From Azolla caroliniana (Eukaryota; Plantae; Polypodiophyta): DNA of 14,313 nucleotides. A model generated the notes under the pieces. That model did not search any database and was not told where the DNA came from. It saw nothing but the letters and a program-made list of their open reading frames with translations. The position numbers and the translations under genes were made by a program. The stretch covers positions 1-14,313 of the forward strand of contig JBHGNT010000880.1 in NCBI GenBank assembly GCA_043228905.1. Direction: 5' to 3'. Below, one piece after another: positions 1-9,200 of the stretch. Position 1 is the stretch's first letter. Every line of letters starts with the position of its first letter.

Positions 1-815
1 TTTAACCATCGTGCGGAGGTGTAGGGAGAAGAAATGGAAGTGATAGCTAATGATTATGTGTTATGCACTCTAATACTTAGGGAATGTTGCCTGATATATA
101 CATCCATGAGAGAGTTTCCCCAATACACACCTATGAGAGAGGACACCCATACACACATATCATATAACGGATACACTTGGACACTCATTATGGTCACACA
201 TCCAAAAGTAAGGTGGGTCCGAATTGTAGAACATATTCAGTTATCAAAAGTGAAGCTTAGATTAAAACGATTATAGCAAATACGTCGATTAGAACATGTA
301 GCTTAGTAAAGCTTAGTAATGTTATAACATCGATAGCAACAACACAAATGTAACAATATAAACATCGGTAGACATATTTAAAAAAACAATATAAACCTGA
401 AATCAAACTTACTTTACAAAGAATAAACCTTTGATTACAATGGTTTTTATAAAATACAAAATTCATTACATTGCAATAAGTTCATCATTCTCTTCGTCTT
501 CCTTTTAAGAACTGTCCTCAGAATTTTGGGCATCGACATCCACTTTAGTTAGGCTGGTTACCGTGGGTTCCTCCAAAAGCTCATCATCTAGTTCTATAAG
601 CTCCCTAGGTTCACCAACCAAGGGAGGAATAAGCTCGCGAGAGGCAGCTTGAAACCGTTCTGTATCCGCGATATGCCTTGCCCCTACCTCCTTGTCTTGA
701 TCTGGGCACTCCCATAAGGCTTTAATCCGCATATTAATGAAACATACTTGCCCCTCGTCCTTCTCCAATGCAACTGTATTTCGAAATAGTTTCAAAGTGC
801 ATGCATATGTCGTAC

Positions 816-897
816 CTATCACGAAAATAATAAGATCATAGCTTCAATTAGACAACCAATAGTATATACTTTTGTAGAGCAAAGTCTAAGAACATAC
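816..897 (-). other. Spliceosomal intron 2 of the methyltransferase gene (82 nt, phase 1)
   Basis: Donor A|GTATGT at 897, acceptor TTTTCGTGATAG|GT at 816. It interrupts SAM-binding motif I, and splicing joins ...EFFSST to STTYAC in frame. Confidence 0.85.
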
Positions 898-1190
898 TCG
901 TGCTAGAAAAGAACTCTAAAATCCAATCTCCTTCGTTAGAGAACATTTCGATATGGCACATCATGAGTCATTGGGGCTTCTGGTAAGGATTGACTAGGCC
1001 ACGTTCAGTCGTTGTGACATGTCGCAATTTCCGCATAACTATTGGGTACACTAACAGATTTGAACCTCCGAACTCATTTGAATGTTCCTTACTCCTTTGC
1101 TTCTTTACTTCATCGTAATAACTAACAATTAAGTATTCAATAGCATTGACAAACCGAAATGTTGGTCCTCTATTAACGTTGGTTTTAATC

Positions 1191-1297
1191 CTATAAATAA
1201 CAAAAAGAAACCAAAAGACACACTCAAGTATTAGTTACATAAATTAACAAGAATTGAAATGCAACCAAAATTGAATTAATCGTTGTATAAGCCTTAC
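1191..1297 (-). other. Spliceosomal intron 1 of the methyltransferase gene (107 nt, phase 2)
   Basis: Donor TG|GTAAGG at 1297, T-rich body, acceptor TTTATAG|G at 1191. Splicing restores the Trp codon of the conserved W-x-K motif and the reading frame. Confidence 0.88.
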
Positions 1298-1548
1298 CAA
1301 GTAAGGTTCTCTACACCATGACAATGAGATCTCAACGCTTGAACCACAAAATATCCTTGGTCCATACTATGAAAGACCACTATTCTCCATAAGCTCGTTG
1401 TGGCCAACTCCGCGAAATCTTTCACCATTTTCTCCAATTGTTTAAACCTAAATGGTTCATCATCGTAAGAAGATCCCGCCATACGGAATCCGTATGGAAT
1501 ATCTGCAACGAGTAACGTGTACTCCTTCAACAATGTCTGGATCATCTC

Positions 1549-2224
1549 CGTTGATGGGATTAAACCCTAAAATTTGTGGGGAAGACCAATTGTGTATTAC
1601 ACAATAACGCGGAAATAGAAAAATAGCAAAATGAACAAGATACACAATTTTACGTGGAAACCCTAAACAGGGAAAACCACGGGAATAGAGATCCACTATA
1701 CAAGAGAACACAGAAAACGATTACAGATCTTCTCTAATGATCTTAGAGGATAACCCACTTAGGGTTCTTAGCAAGTTCACTCGAACTTTGCCACCTCTCT
1801 CTTGGTCACGCTACTCTCTCTTCTCTGTCTCACTCTACGACAAAGGCTTACAACACCTTTTTTTGTTCTTTTGTTCTTTTGTTCTTCTCATCTTTTACTA
1901 TGTTTTTCCTAAGTGTATTTTATTTATACACTATATGGGCTATTTACAAATGAAGCCACTGCTACTATCATTCCTATTATCCTAAATAACAATAATAGGT
2001 AATCAACCAACTGATTGACCAGTCGGTTCGACTAAATGACTCCAGTGTCGACTGACTAGTCGGCCTTGTCATCGACCCTCCGATCGGCCCGACTAGTTGG
2101 TGGTGTCTTTGACTTGGATCACTTCTTATGCTATCGACTCTTCATGTCGACTCTCCATGTCATCAGCTGTCAGCACTCCGCCCGACCAGTCGGCTCCTCC
2201 CATAGGAGGGACATATTCCTAAGA
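1549..2224 (-). repeat. 3' LTR of the copia element (~676 bp)
   Basis: Starts right after the PPT with TCTTAGGAATATGTCCC (decayed TG start), has TATAAATA at 1928-1921, and ends ...CCCATCAACG (decayed CA end). It is homologous in inverted orientation to 4715-5257. Boundaries are +/- a few nt. Confidence 0.8.
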
Positions 2225-2241
2225 AACGCCCCCTTCACTCC
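2225..2241 (-). other. Polypurine tract of the copia element
   Basis: Minus-strand GGAGTGAAGGGGG between the end of RNase H and the LTR start. Confidence 0.8.
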
Positions 2242-2259
2242 AATGGGTGGAGTTCGTTA

Positions 2260-3800
2260 ACTGTCCAATCCTTTGTCAACAAACTCTGAGTCTATCCATC
2301 GGTAGGTTCTTCGTCAACATGTCGGATCCATTATCGTCAATATAGATCTTCATAAGGGTGAACTCTCCTTTGTCCACTTTCTCCCTCAACTAGTGATACC
2401 TTCTCTATATGTGCTTGGTTCGAGAGTGGTACGCAGCATTCTTGGCTAGATGTATGGCGGTTTGGCTATCGTAGTGAAGCAAGAACTCTATTTGCTTCAT
2501 TCCCAACACACTAAGAAAGCTTCTCATCCAAATCACCTCTTTGTCGCCCTCTACCACTGACATATACTCTGCCTCTCTTGTTGACAAAGCCACGGACTTC
2601 TGAAGTTGTGATTGCCATGACACTGCTCCACCTGCATAGGTCATCACATACCCTGATGTGGATCGACTTGGGTCTGTATCCCACGAAATGTCTGAATAGG
2701 TAAACCTTCAAGCATAGGTTTTCCGACACCATACCTAAGGCATACCTTTGAGGTGCCTTTCAAGTACCTGAGTATCCATTTGATAGCTGCCCAATGATCT
2801 CTGCTTGAATTACTCATGTATCAGCTTACTGCCCCACACAACAAATGTTATGTTTGGCCTCGTGCAGACCATAGCATACATTAAACTGCCAATGGATGAG
2901 GCTTATGGTATTTTCCTAATCTCGGCCTTCTCTTTCTCCCCTCTTGGGCATTGCTTGGCATTCGGTTTGCAGTTAGTCGGTAACAAAGAACCGATTAGCT
3001 TTGCTTCCGACAAGTTGAATCTCTCCAAGATCTTTATCACATACTTCTTGTGACAATCATAGACCCTTCTTAGTCCTATCTCGAACTATGTGCAACCCTA
3101 GGATCTGCTTGGCCGGTCCAAGATCTTTCATGACAAACTACTTGCCTAATGCTTTCTTTAAGCTCACGATCTTATTCGTCTCTTGTCCGACTATCAGCAT
3201 GTCATCAACATATAGTAAGAGAATCAAGAAGTCACCTCCATCGTACCTTTTGATGAACACATAGTGATAAGATTATGGTTTCTGGAACCTGTGTTCTATC
3301 ATCAAGGATTCAAACTTCCTGTACCATTCGCATGGAGCTTGTTTCAACCCATACAAGATTTTCTTCAATTGACACACCAGGTTCTCTTTCCCTTCCTCCT
3401 CAAAGTCTTCGGGCTTCTGCATGTAGATCTCCTCGTCTAGCTCCCCGCGCAAGAATGTTGTCTTGACATCTAGCTGTTAGATCTCCAAGTCCATACTAAC
3501 AGCTATGCTCAGAAATGTTTTGATCGATGTCATTTTTACGACTGGTGCAAATATCTCGTCGAAGTCAACACCCTTTTTTTGTTGGAACCCCTTCACCACA
3601 ATGGGGGCTTTAAATCTAGGTGTGTTGTGTCGACTTCTCTAGTATTTCACCTTATAGACCTGTTGATTCCTGACTGAGCTCTTACCTTTAGGTAGCTCCA
3701 CCAAGTCGTAAGTATAGTTTTCGTGCGAGGAGTCCATCTCGTCTTGCATTGCACTCTACCATTTCTCCTTGTGCTCGTCGGAAATGGCTTCATCATGGCA
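2260..3800 (-). pseudogene. pol: Copia reverse transcriptase and RNase H, with stops and frameshifts
   Basis: Motifs GVDFDEIFAPVVKMTSIK, QLDVKTTFLRGELDEEIYM, LYGLKQAP and LLYVDDMLI (YVDD at 3201-3212). RNase H reads AVSWQSQLQKSVALSTREAEY ... HSRTKHI ... DNGSDMLTK. Confidence 0.95.
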
Positions 3801-4179
3801 CTCTAGTTCACCTTCATCAGTCAAGAGTATGTATTGACTGGCATATGTTGTAGGTTCTCTCCTTTCTCTGAGTGGGTATCTCCTTCCACTCATTTTCTGT
3901 TCCAATTTAAATGTCTCAGCTCACTCTCCTCTTGGCTCGGGTTCATATCTGTCAATCGCTCATTGACGATTAGCAATTCCGACTCGTAGTCCTTGATCGA
4001 CTTCAATAGTCCACCAACTTCGATTCATCTATATTTGTTGATTTCTCCAAGTAGATCGACTGGGATTCAGTTGTGCCGACTAGTTATCTCCGAACAACCA
4101 ACTATGTTGATTCACTTGGCCTTAATTCGGTAGTAGTGGGAGTTAACTAGGAAGTCGATTTTGACTTCTGCTGCTTCCA

Positions 4180-4714
4180 GTCCTCAATTGTCTTGTCTTC
4201 CAAAAACACTACATCCTAACGCCTCACTACCTTCTTATCGACTAAGTCCCATAGCCTGTAGCCGAACTCATCCTCCGTTATCCCATAAATATGCATGGTT
4301 TTGTCTTGTTGTCGAGCTTCGACCTCTGATCCTTAGCCACATGCATATACACTAGGCATCCAAACACCCTCATGTGTCAGTAGGAGACATTCTATACCGT
4401 CCACACCCTCTATGGGACATCACCTTTCAATGGTACTGAGGGAGCCCTGTTGATCATATAAATAGCCATATACATCGCCTCAGCCCAATACGTTTTCAAC
4501 AGCTCAGCATGCGACAACATGCTCCTTACTCTATCCATTATTGTTCCATTCATCCTCTCTATAAGCCCATTCAACTCAGGGGTCTACTTTCCGACTAAGT
4601 AGTCGAGACACTTCTCCAAGTGTACACCTTTCACTTCTAGGAGAAGTTCCTGGTTGGCCAGTAGGTGCATTCCCTTCTCACTCATGTGGCCTAGTCTCTT
4701 ATGCCATAACTCTC
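4180..4714 (-). pseudogene. pol: Copia GAG-pre-integrase, integrase (internally deleted) and SH3-like region
   Basis: ELWHKRLGHMSEKG ... CLDYLVGK* is joined directly to TPELNGLIERMNGTIMDRVRSML ... YWAEA ... RVFGC ... RSKLDNKTKPCIFMG, with several stops. Confidence 0.92.
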
Positions 4715-5257
4715 TGGTAGGAATATGTCCCTTCAGTGGGAGGATCCGACTGTTCGGGCCGAGCATCGATGGTTGAAGAGTCGACTGCGAGGAAATCGAC
4801 TGTGAGAGTTGACTGGGTGAATCAACAGAAAGGAGATCCAGGTCGAAGATGCAACTGACTAATCGGGTCAAGCAGATAGTTGATGACCAGACCGACTAGT
4901 TGGATCAACTGGACAGTTGATCCTAGAGTCGGCTTATAGCTACTTATTATTATTATAGATAATAATAGTAGTGATGTATAGGAGAGGCTACATTTGTAAG
5001 TAGGAAATATTGTGTATTAGTATAAATACACCTAGGGTAAATGTTATATGTGGTGTGACGACAATTTCTGATTCTCTGTCATAGCGAGTGATAGAGAAGT
5101 GTGGGAACGGTAGGAGAAAGAGTGTGTGGCGCCATAGTTGTGTTCTGTAACAACATATGCCAAGAGCCTTGCGTGGCTATTTACACTCTATGTAAAGAGT
5201 GTTGTACTCTGATCTCATTGTTGTATATCCAATGTATAGTGAAGCTCAGTTCTCCGT
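4715..5257 (+). repeat. Partial copia-family LTR in opposite orientation, inserted in the first copia element and interrupted by the gypsy element
   Basis: Begins TGGTAGGAATATGTCCCTTCAGTGGGAGGATCCGACTG, matching the reverse complement of 2224 downward. TATAAATA lies at 5021-5028. It ends at TGTATAGTG...CCGT, which aligns to the U5 segment of the left LTR just before GGTTTTCCC. Confidence 0.82.
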
Positions 5258-5783
5258 TGTTGTGACATCACTCGCCTAGAAGTGTAGTGTTGCGTAGACA
5301 GAAGACAACGTGAAAGTGAGGAAGCAATCGTTGGCATTTTCGATGGAAGAGACGAAAGAGTGGAAATAGATAAATAGTGATCAACAAGATATGACAAGAT
5401 AGGATGTAAAATGATAATTGAGGGAATGTAAGAAATTTATAATTATTTCATGAAAGAGTTACAAAATGGTTGCGAGCGTCGTTGAACGAAAACACAGTAA
5501 GGTAGTCGCTCTTCTCTTTCTTGATAATAGACCACAATCTTCCCTTCTATCTTTCAATGAGGATAAGACTCGAACCTCCGTCTTTTCGTTGCAAGTTGAG
5601 CACCGCCATCGCCAAGCTAGTTCTTTTCTTGTCTTTTGAAGATTGTATATAGCTTTTACCTTCTCTTCCTCTTTCTCTATTATGATATCTCTTACAATAT
5701 AATTTTGCTCAATTCCATACAATAATTCTATTCAATATGATTTATTGATTCCTTGATATCCTTGTGACTACACTCCCTTCTCC

Positions 5784-5790
5784 TTTTATA
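5784..5790 (-). promoter_or_regulatory. TATA box in the gypsy 3' LTR
   Basis: Minus-strand CCTATAAAAGG, a typical plant LTR TATA context, identical at 12589-12595. Confidence 0.6.
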
Positions 5791-5855
5791 GGAAGGGGAT
5801 GGTTTTGCATGTGGGCCATATGTCACACATGCAAAGAGGGCTCTTGCATGTGTGC

Positions 5856-6180
5856 TATATGGTGCACATGTAGTACATTACATGGTTTAGACTATGCAAT
5901 GCTACTTCAAATAAAACAACACATTTTGTTTTACACATATAATGAGGTTCATAATGTGGAGGTTGTTGGTTCAAGTCTTCTCTCGCCCATGTAATAAAAT
6001 ATATGGTGCACATGTAGTACATTATATGTTTTAGGATTTCAACCATACAATATTACTTCAAATAAAACAAGACATACAATTTTACACATACTACAATTAT
6101 ATTGTAAATGGTAAGGTTTCAAAGTCATAAGGTGGGGGTTATTGGTTCAAGTCCAATTGTTGTCCATGTAATATAATATA
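5856..6180. repeat. Two degenerate tandem modules (~145 and ~180 bp) inside the gypsy LTR U3, each ending in a tRNA-like segment
   Basis: TATATGGTGCACATGTAGTACATTA ... TACTTCAAATAAAACAA ... TCATAA ... TTGGTTCAAGTC ... CCATGTAATA is repeated from 5856 and from 6000. The same arrangement is in the other LTR (12661-12985). Confidence 0.85.
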
Positions 6181-6332
6181 CATGTTTTATTTGCCTCTAC
6201 ATATAATGTATAATATTATCATAGTGTGTTTTTAATATTACCTTTATAAAACAATATCAAGATATATTTTATTTTAGTTACGTATTTATCTTTTTGTATA
6301 CTTTTAATGTGAAGCTTTCGTACTTCACGACA

Positions 6333-6344
6333 TCCACCCCCTTT
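6333..6344 (-). other. Polypurine tract of the gypsy element
   Basis: Minus-strand AAAGGGGGTGGA immediately before the LTR TG. Confidence 0.88.
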
Positions 6345-6372
6345 AGACCTGCACATCCTCCGGCATGTGCCA

Positions 6373-7608
6373 CTATCTTTCATCTTCATGTTGATCTATT
6401 GGAGGAGGTTCAATCTCAAAACTTTTCTTAAATACTTTTATCCTCTTTCCCGCTACCACGTTTAGGATTAGTGTCCCATCCAATTCACTAAGCTTGTAGG
6501 TAAAGTTATCATATACTTTTTTCACTATGTAAGGCCCAAACCATCTTTTAGCGAACTTGCGGACGGTGCTATGTTGATTATCTAAACTGCTATCATACAC
6601 GAGCACCCAATCCCCCTCTTCTATTTTCTTAGGTCGAATTCTATGAGTTTTATCAAAACGAATTTTATTCTTTAGTCAAGCCTCCTTCAATCGTTGGGCT
6701 GCTAATTCTATATCTTCAGGTGGACGCTCTAATTGTTGAATTCGCAAAGCAAACAATTCTTCTCTGCTCACCTTTTCTCTCCATGGAATAGATATCCATG
6801 ACATAATTGATTCTTCTACCGTCATGATGGGCTTTTGGCCAAGTATTAATTCAGCTAGCATGTATCCTGTTACCGAACTATGCATTGTTCGATCCGCCCA
6901 TAGTGCATAAGGCAACATGTGTGGCCAATCTCTTATTTTACCTTTACAGCTTTTCATGATCGCCTTAACTATTGGGCTATGTCCTCTTTCAATCTTTCCA
7001 TTGGCTTCTGGATTATACGCAGTTGTAAGCGATATATTGACCCCTATCCGGCTGAAGAATTCTCTAGCTTCATGAGAGTCAAGTTCTTCTCTATCTGCAA
7101 TTATTTTACCAACACACCCGTAACGACATATTTCATCTTCTAACAAAAATTTACATACAACTCTAGTTGTTTTTTGTCGTAGTGGTCTTCCTTCTACTTG
7201 GTTTGTAAGATCTTCTCTTGCTAGTACTAAATATCGCATTTGACCTTCCCCAAGTGGCATTGTCACTAGATCGACCATCCATTTATAATGCATTGATGAT
7301 GAATATGTTAGTTTTAGCTCATCTCAATACCGAATAGTTGAATACCTTTGGTAGACCTCACAGGTTTCCACAAATTTCGTTACATCTTTATACATATGTG
7401 GCCACCAATACTTTTCTTTCAACTTCATAAATGTTGCCCATATGCCTCTATGTCCTACCCACAAACTATCATGGAATTCATTAATTAATTTTCTCTTAAT
7501 GTCATCCTTACAAATGACTCGAAGAGGATTTTCAATTGGCCTTTTTGAACGCCTCCATAAATGCCCTTCATGTAAAAAAAAACTTGAATGCCCGTCTTCG
7601 AAATTCAT
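6373..7608 (-). pseudogene. pol: Gypsy integrase (HHCC zinc finger, DDE core, GPY/F module; no chromodomain)
   Basis: HDSLWVGHRG...CEVYQ; WMVDLVTM...IIADREE...YNPEANGKIERGH; FAKRWFGPYIV. In-frame stops separate the ORF pieces. Confidence 0.95.
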
Positions 7609-7809
7609 TTAATTGTTTCTTCGACCATGATGGGTTGGCTTCTTGAGTCTTTAGAAAATTTCCTATTTCTAACCATTGACCTTCATACTCCGTTCCGTGT
7701 CTTTGAACATTATGCTTACATTAAACTCATCATGAGGCTTAATGGATACTTGATGAGCAACTTGATGGCTTGTAGTTGCCCAATTCTTATCTTCAGCTTC
7801 CACCACCCT

Positions 7810-8253
7810 TTCATTTATGAACCTTGCTCTTGACAACATATCTGCGACTGGGTTCTCTTTGCCCTTTATATGCCGTAATTCTGGGTTCATGGTTCTGATG
7901 TATGCAATCCACCGAAGCATTGCAATATCTGGTGTGATGCAATTTGCTATCATTCCGATGAGTGGTAGACAATCTGTTTCAACCACTACATCTGCTCCGA
8001 TCAAGTAATGTCTATCTGATTTTAATGTAGTAAGCAAACCCCACAATTCTTGTCTAACTTGTGCATAGTTTCTTTGTCTTTCATTTAATATCTTTGCCCC
8101 AAATCTAATAGCATATCGATGTTGGTCTTCATCTTCTTGGTTGATAACCCAACCGATCCCAATTGGGCTAGTATCAATTGTCACTATAATTGGTCTTTCA
8201 CCTTTGTAGTCTGGTTGACGAAGAACTAGTGCTTTCAATAATGCTTCTTTCAA
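7810..8253 (-). pseudogene. pol: Gypsy RNase H
   Basis: IDTSPIGIGWV ... NYAQVRQELWG ... VETDCLPL ... HIKGKENPVADMLSR. Confidence 0.95.
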
Positions 8254-8279
8254 TTGTTGAACAACTTGTGTATGTTCAT

Positions 8280-9200
8280 CAGTCCAAATAAACTTCTTCC
8301 CTTTTCTTAAAAGTTGGTAGAGAGGATCTCATACATGTGCAAAGTGTGGTAACCAAATATGATAAAACACACATGCACCTAAAAATCTTCTCACCTCTGT
8401 TACTGATTCGCAAACCTCCTTCATATTTTGTATTGCGTTAATTTTGATCGGTGACGGCTTCCTCCCATACTAGCCACACATATGACCAACTATCAGAACT
8501 TCGTTTTGCCCAAAGCTTGATTTTGTTCCTGATAGTGTCAAATGTACCTGCTCAAGCTTATTTAAAATACTTTCACAATCATTAATGTGATCCATCACAA
8601 ACTTTCTGCAACCATTTCCAACAATAGTCTCATCTTTCTCTCTTTCTAAGCATCCCTTAATAGGAATATCATCTAAAAATCGCATAGTTACCTTTAGGAT
8701 GTACTCATGTAGAACTTTGTTCATTGCATTCATCATATGAGGAACTGAATTTGTCGCACCTTGAGGTAGAGTGCACATTCGAACTAACCCAATTGGTGTT
8801 TTCATTGTTGTGATATTGCGACTATCAATTGCTAGCTGAAATTGGTCGTATCCCGAATATAGGTCTCCTATAGAGTAAATCGCTCTCCTAGCAAAATCTT
8901 CTTTAAATTCATCAATGATCGGTCAGATTCTTGCATTTCGGATTGTGACTTTGTTGACTGGTTGTAGATCTTGAATGAATCTTAGAGAACCATTTTTCTT
9001 TGGAACGGTGAATCATCAGTTGGAATATGGTGCGTTGGAAGGCTCTAAAATCTTCATCTTGACCTTCTCCTTCAGTAGCTCCAACAACTGATGCAATCGA
9101 GCTCTCAGTACTGCAATGGGTTTAAAATTCCAAGGAATATTAGGGATAGTAAATATTACCATTGGTGTCACCACCTTTCGATAGACTACACAACCAATCT
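8280..9200 (-). pseudogene. pol: Gypsy reverse transcriptase
   Basis: ILEPSNAPYSN**FTVPRKNGSLRFIQDLQPVNKVTIR, GDLYSGYDQF, LPQGATNS and catalytic FLDD at 8679-8668. Boundaries are approximate. Confidence 0.95.

Larger units (their letters stand above)
466..1548 (-). pseudogene. Intron-containing beta-class DNA amino-methyltransferase (N6-adenine/N4-cytosine, N6_N4_Mtase-like) pseudogene, 5'-truncated by a copia insertion
   Basis: Manual splice on the minus strand gives exons 1548-1298, 1190-898 and 815-466, with both junctions in frame. The product reads EMIQTLLKEYTLLVADIPYG (motif IV, 1492-1503) ... ENLTW|IKTN ... NAIEYLIVSY ... VNPYQKPQ*LMMCHIEMFSNEGDWILEFFSST|STTYACTLKLFRNTVALEKDEGQVCFINMRI. 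This follows the beta-class order and consensus DPPY ... WxK ... HPTQKP..L ... S.EGD.VLDPF.GSGTT ... R..IGIE. In-frame stops occur at 968-970 (TGA) and 505-507 (TAA); the likely original end is TAA-TGA at 468-463. Confidence 0.88.
1549..4714 (-). mobile_element. Degenerate Ty1/copia LTR retrotransposon (Tnt1/Tto1-like), 3' part: integrase-RT-RNase H plus 3' LTR
   Basis: Copia domain order INT-RT-RH on the minus strand, then a polypurine tract and an LTR. The gag/protease half is absent, with the break at 4714/4715. Confidence 0.93.
5258..6332 (-). repeat. 3' LTR of the gypsy element (1075 bp, complete)
   Basis: Termini TGTTGTG...CACGACA, with terminal inverted repeat consensus TGTCGTG/CACGACA. 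It is a direct repeat of 12064-13080 and abuts the PPT. Confidence 0.95.

Noticed and set aside
34-466. ORFs 34-276 (+) and 257-466 (-)
   Set aside because: They are short, low-complexity and lack recognisable motifs; the region reads as UTR or intergenic sequence.
505-822. ORF-track 105-aa protein as a standalone gene
   Set aside because: Its GTG start lies inside intron 2; it is the last exon of the spliced methyltransferase.
1562-1666. AAACCCTAA motifs (1562, 1658; also 13240) as telomeric repeats
   Set aside because: They are isolated single units (telobox-like) within LTR sequence, with no tandem array.
1549-5257. Inverted repeats at 1549-2224 and 4715-5257 as TIRs of a DNA transposon, or as the LTR pair of one element
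   Set aside because: Both are copia-type LTRs (PPT-adjacent, with TATA), only moderately similar and in opposite orientation. This fits a second insertion from a related family.
5764-6046. Duplicated small ORFs (5764-5994/12569-12799 and 5855-6046/12660-12851) as conserved genes
   Set aside because: Their identity simply reflects the LTR duplication, and they have no recognisable protein features.
6093-6168. Functional tRNA-Met gene
   Set aside because: Acceptor and anticodon stems do not pair, so it is kept only as a tRNA-derived relic.
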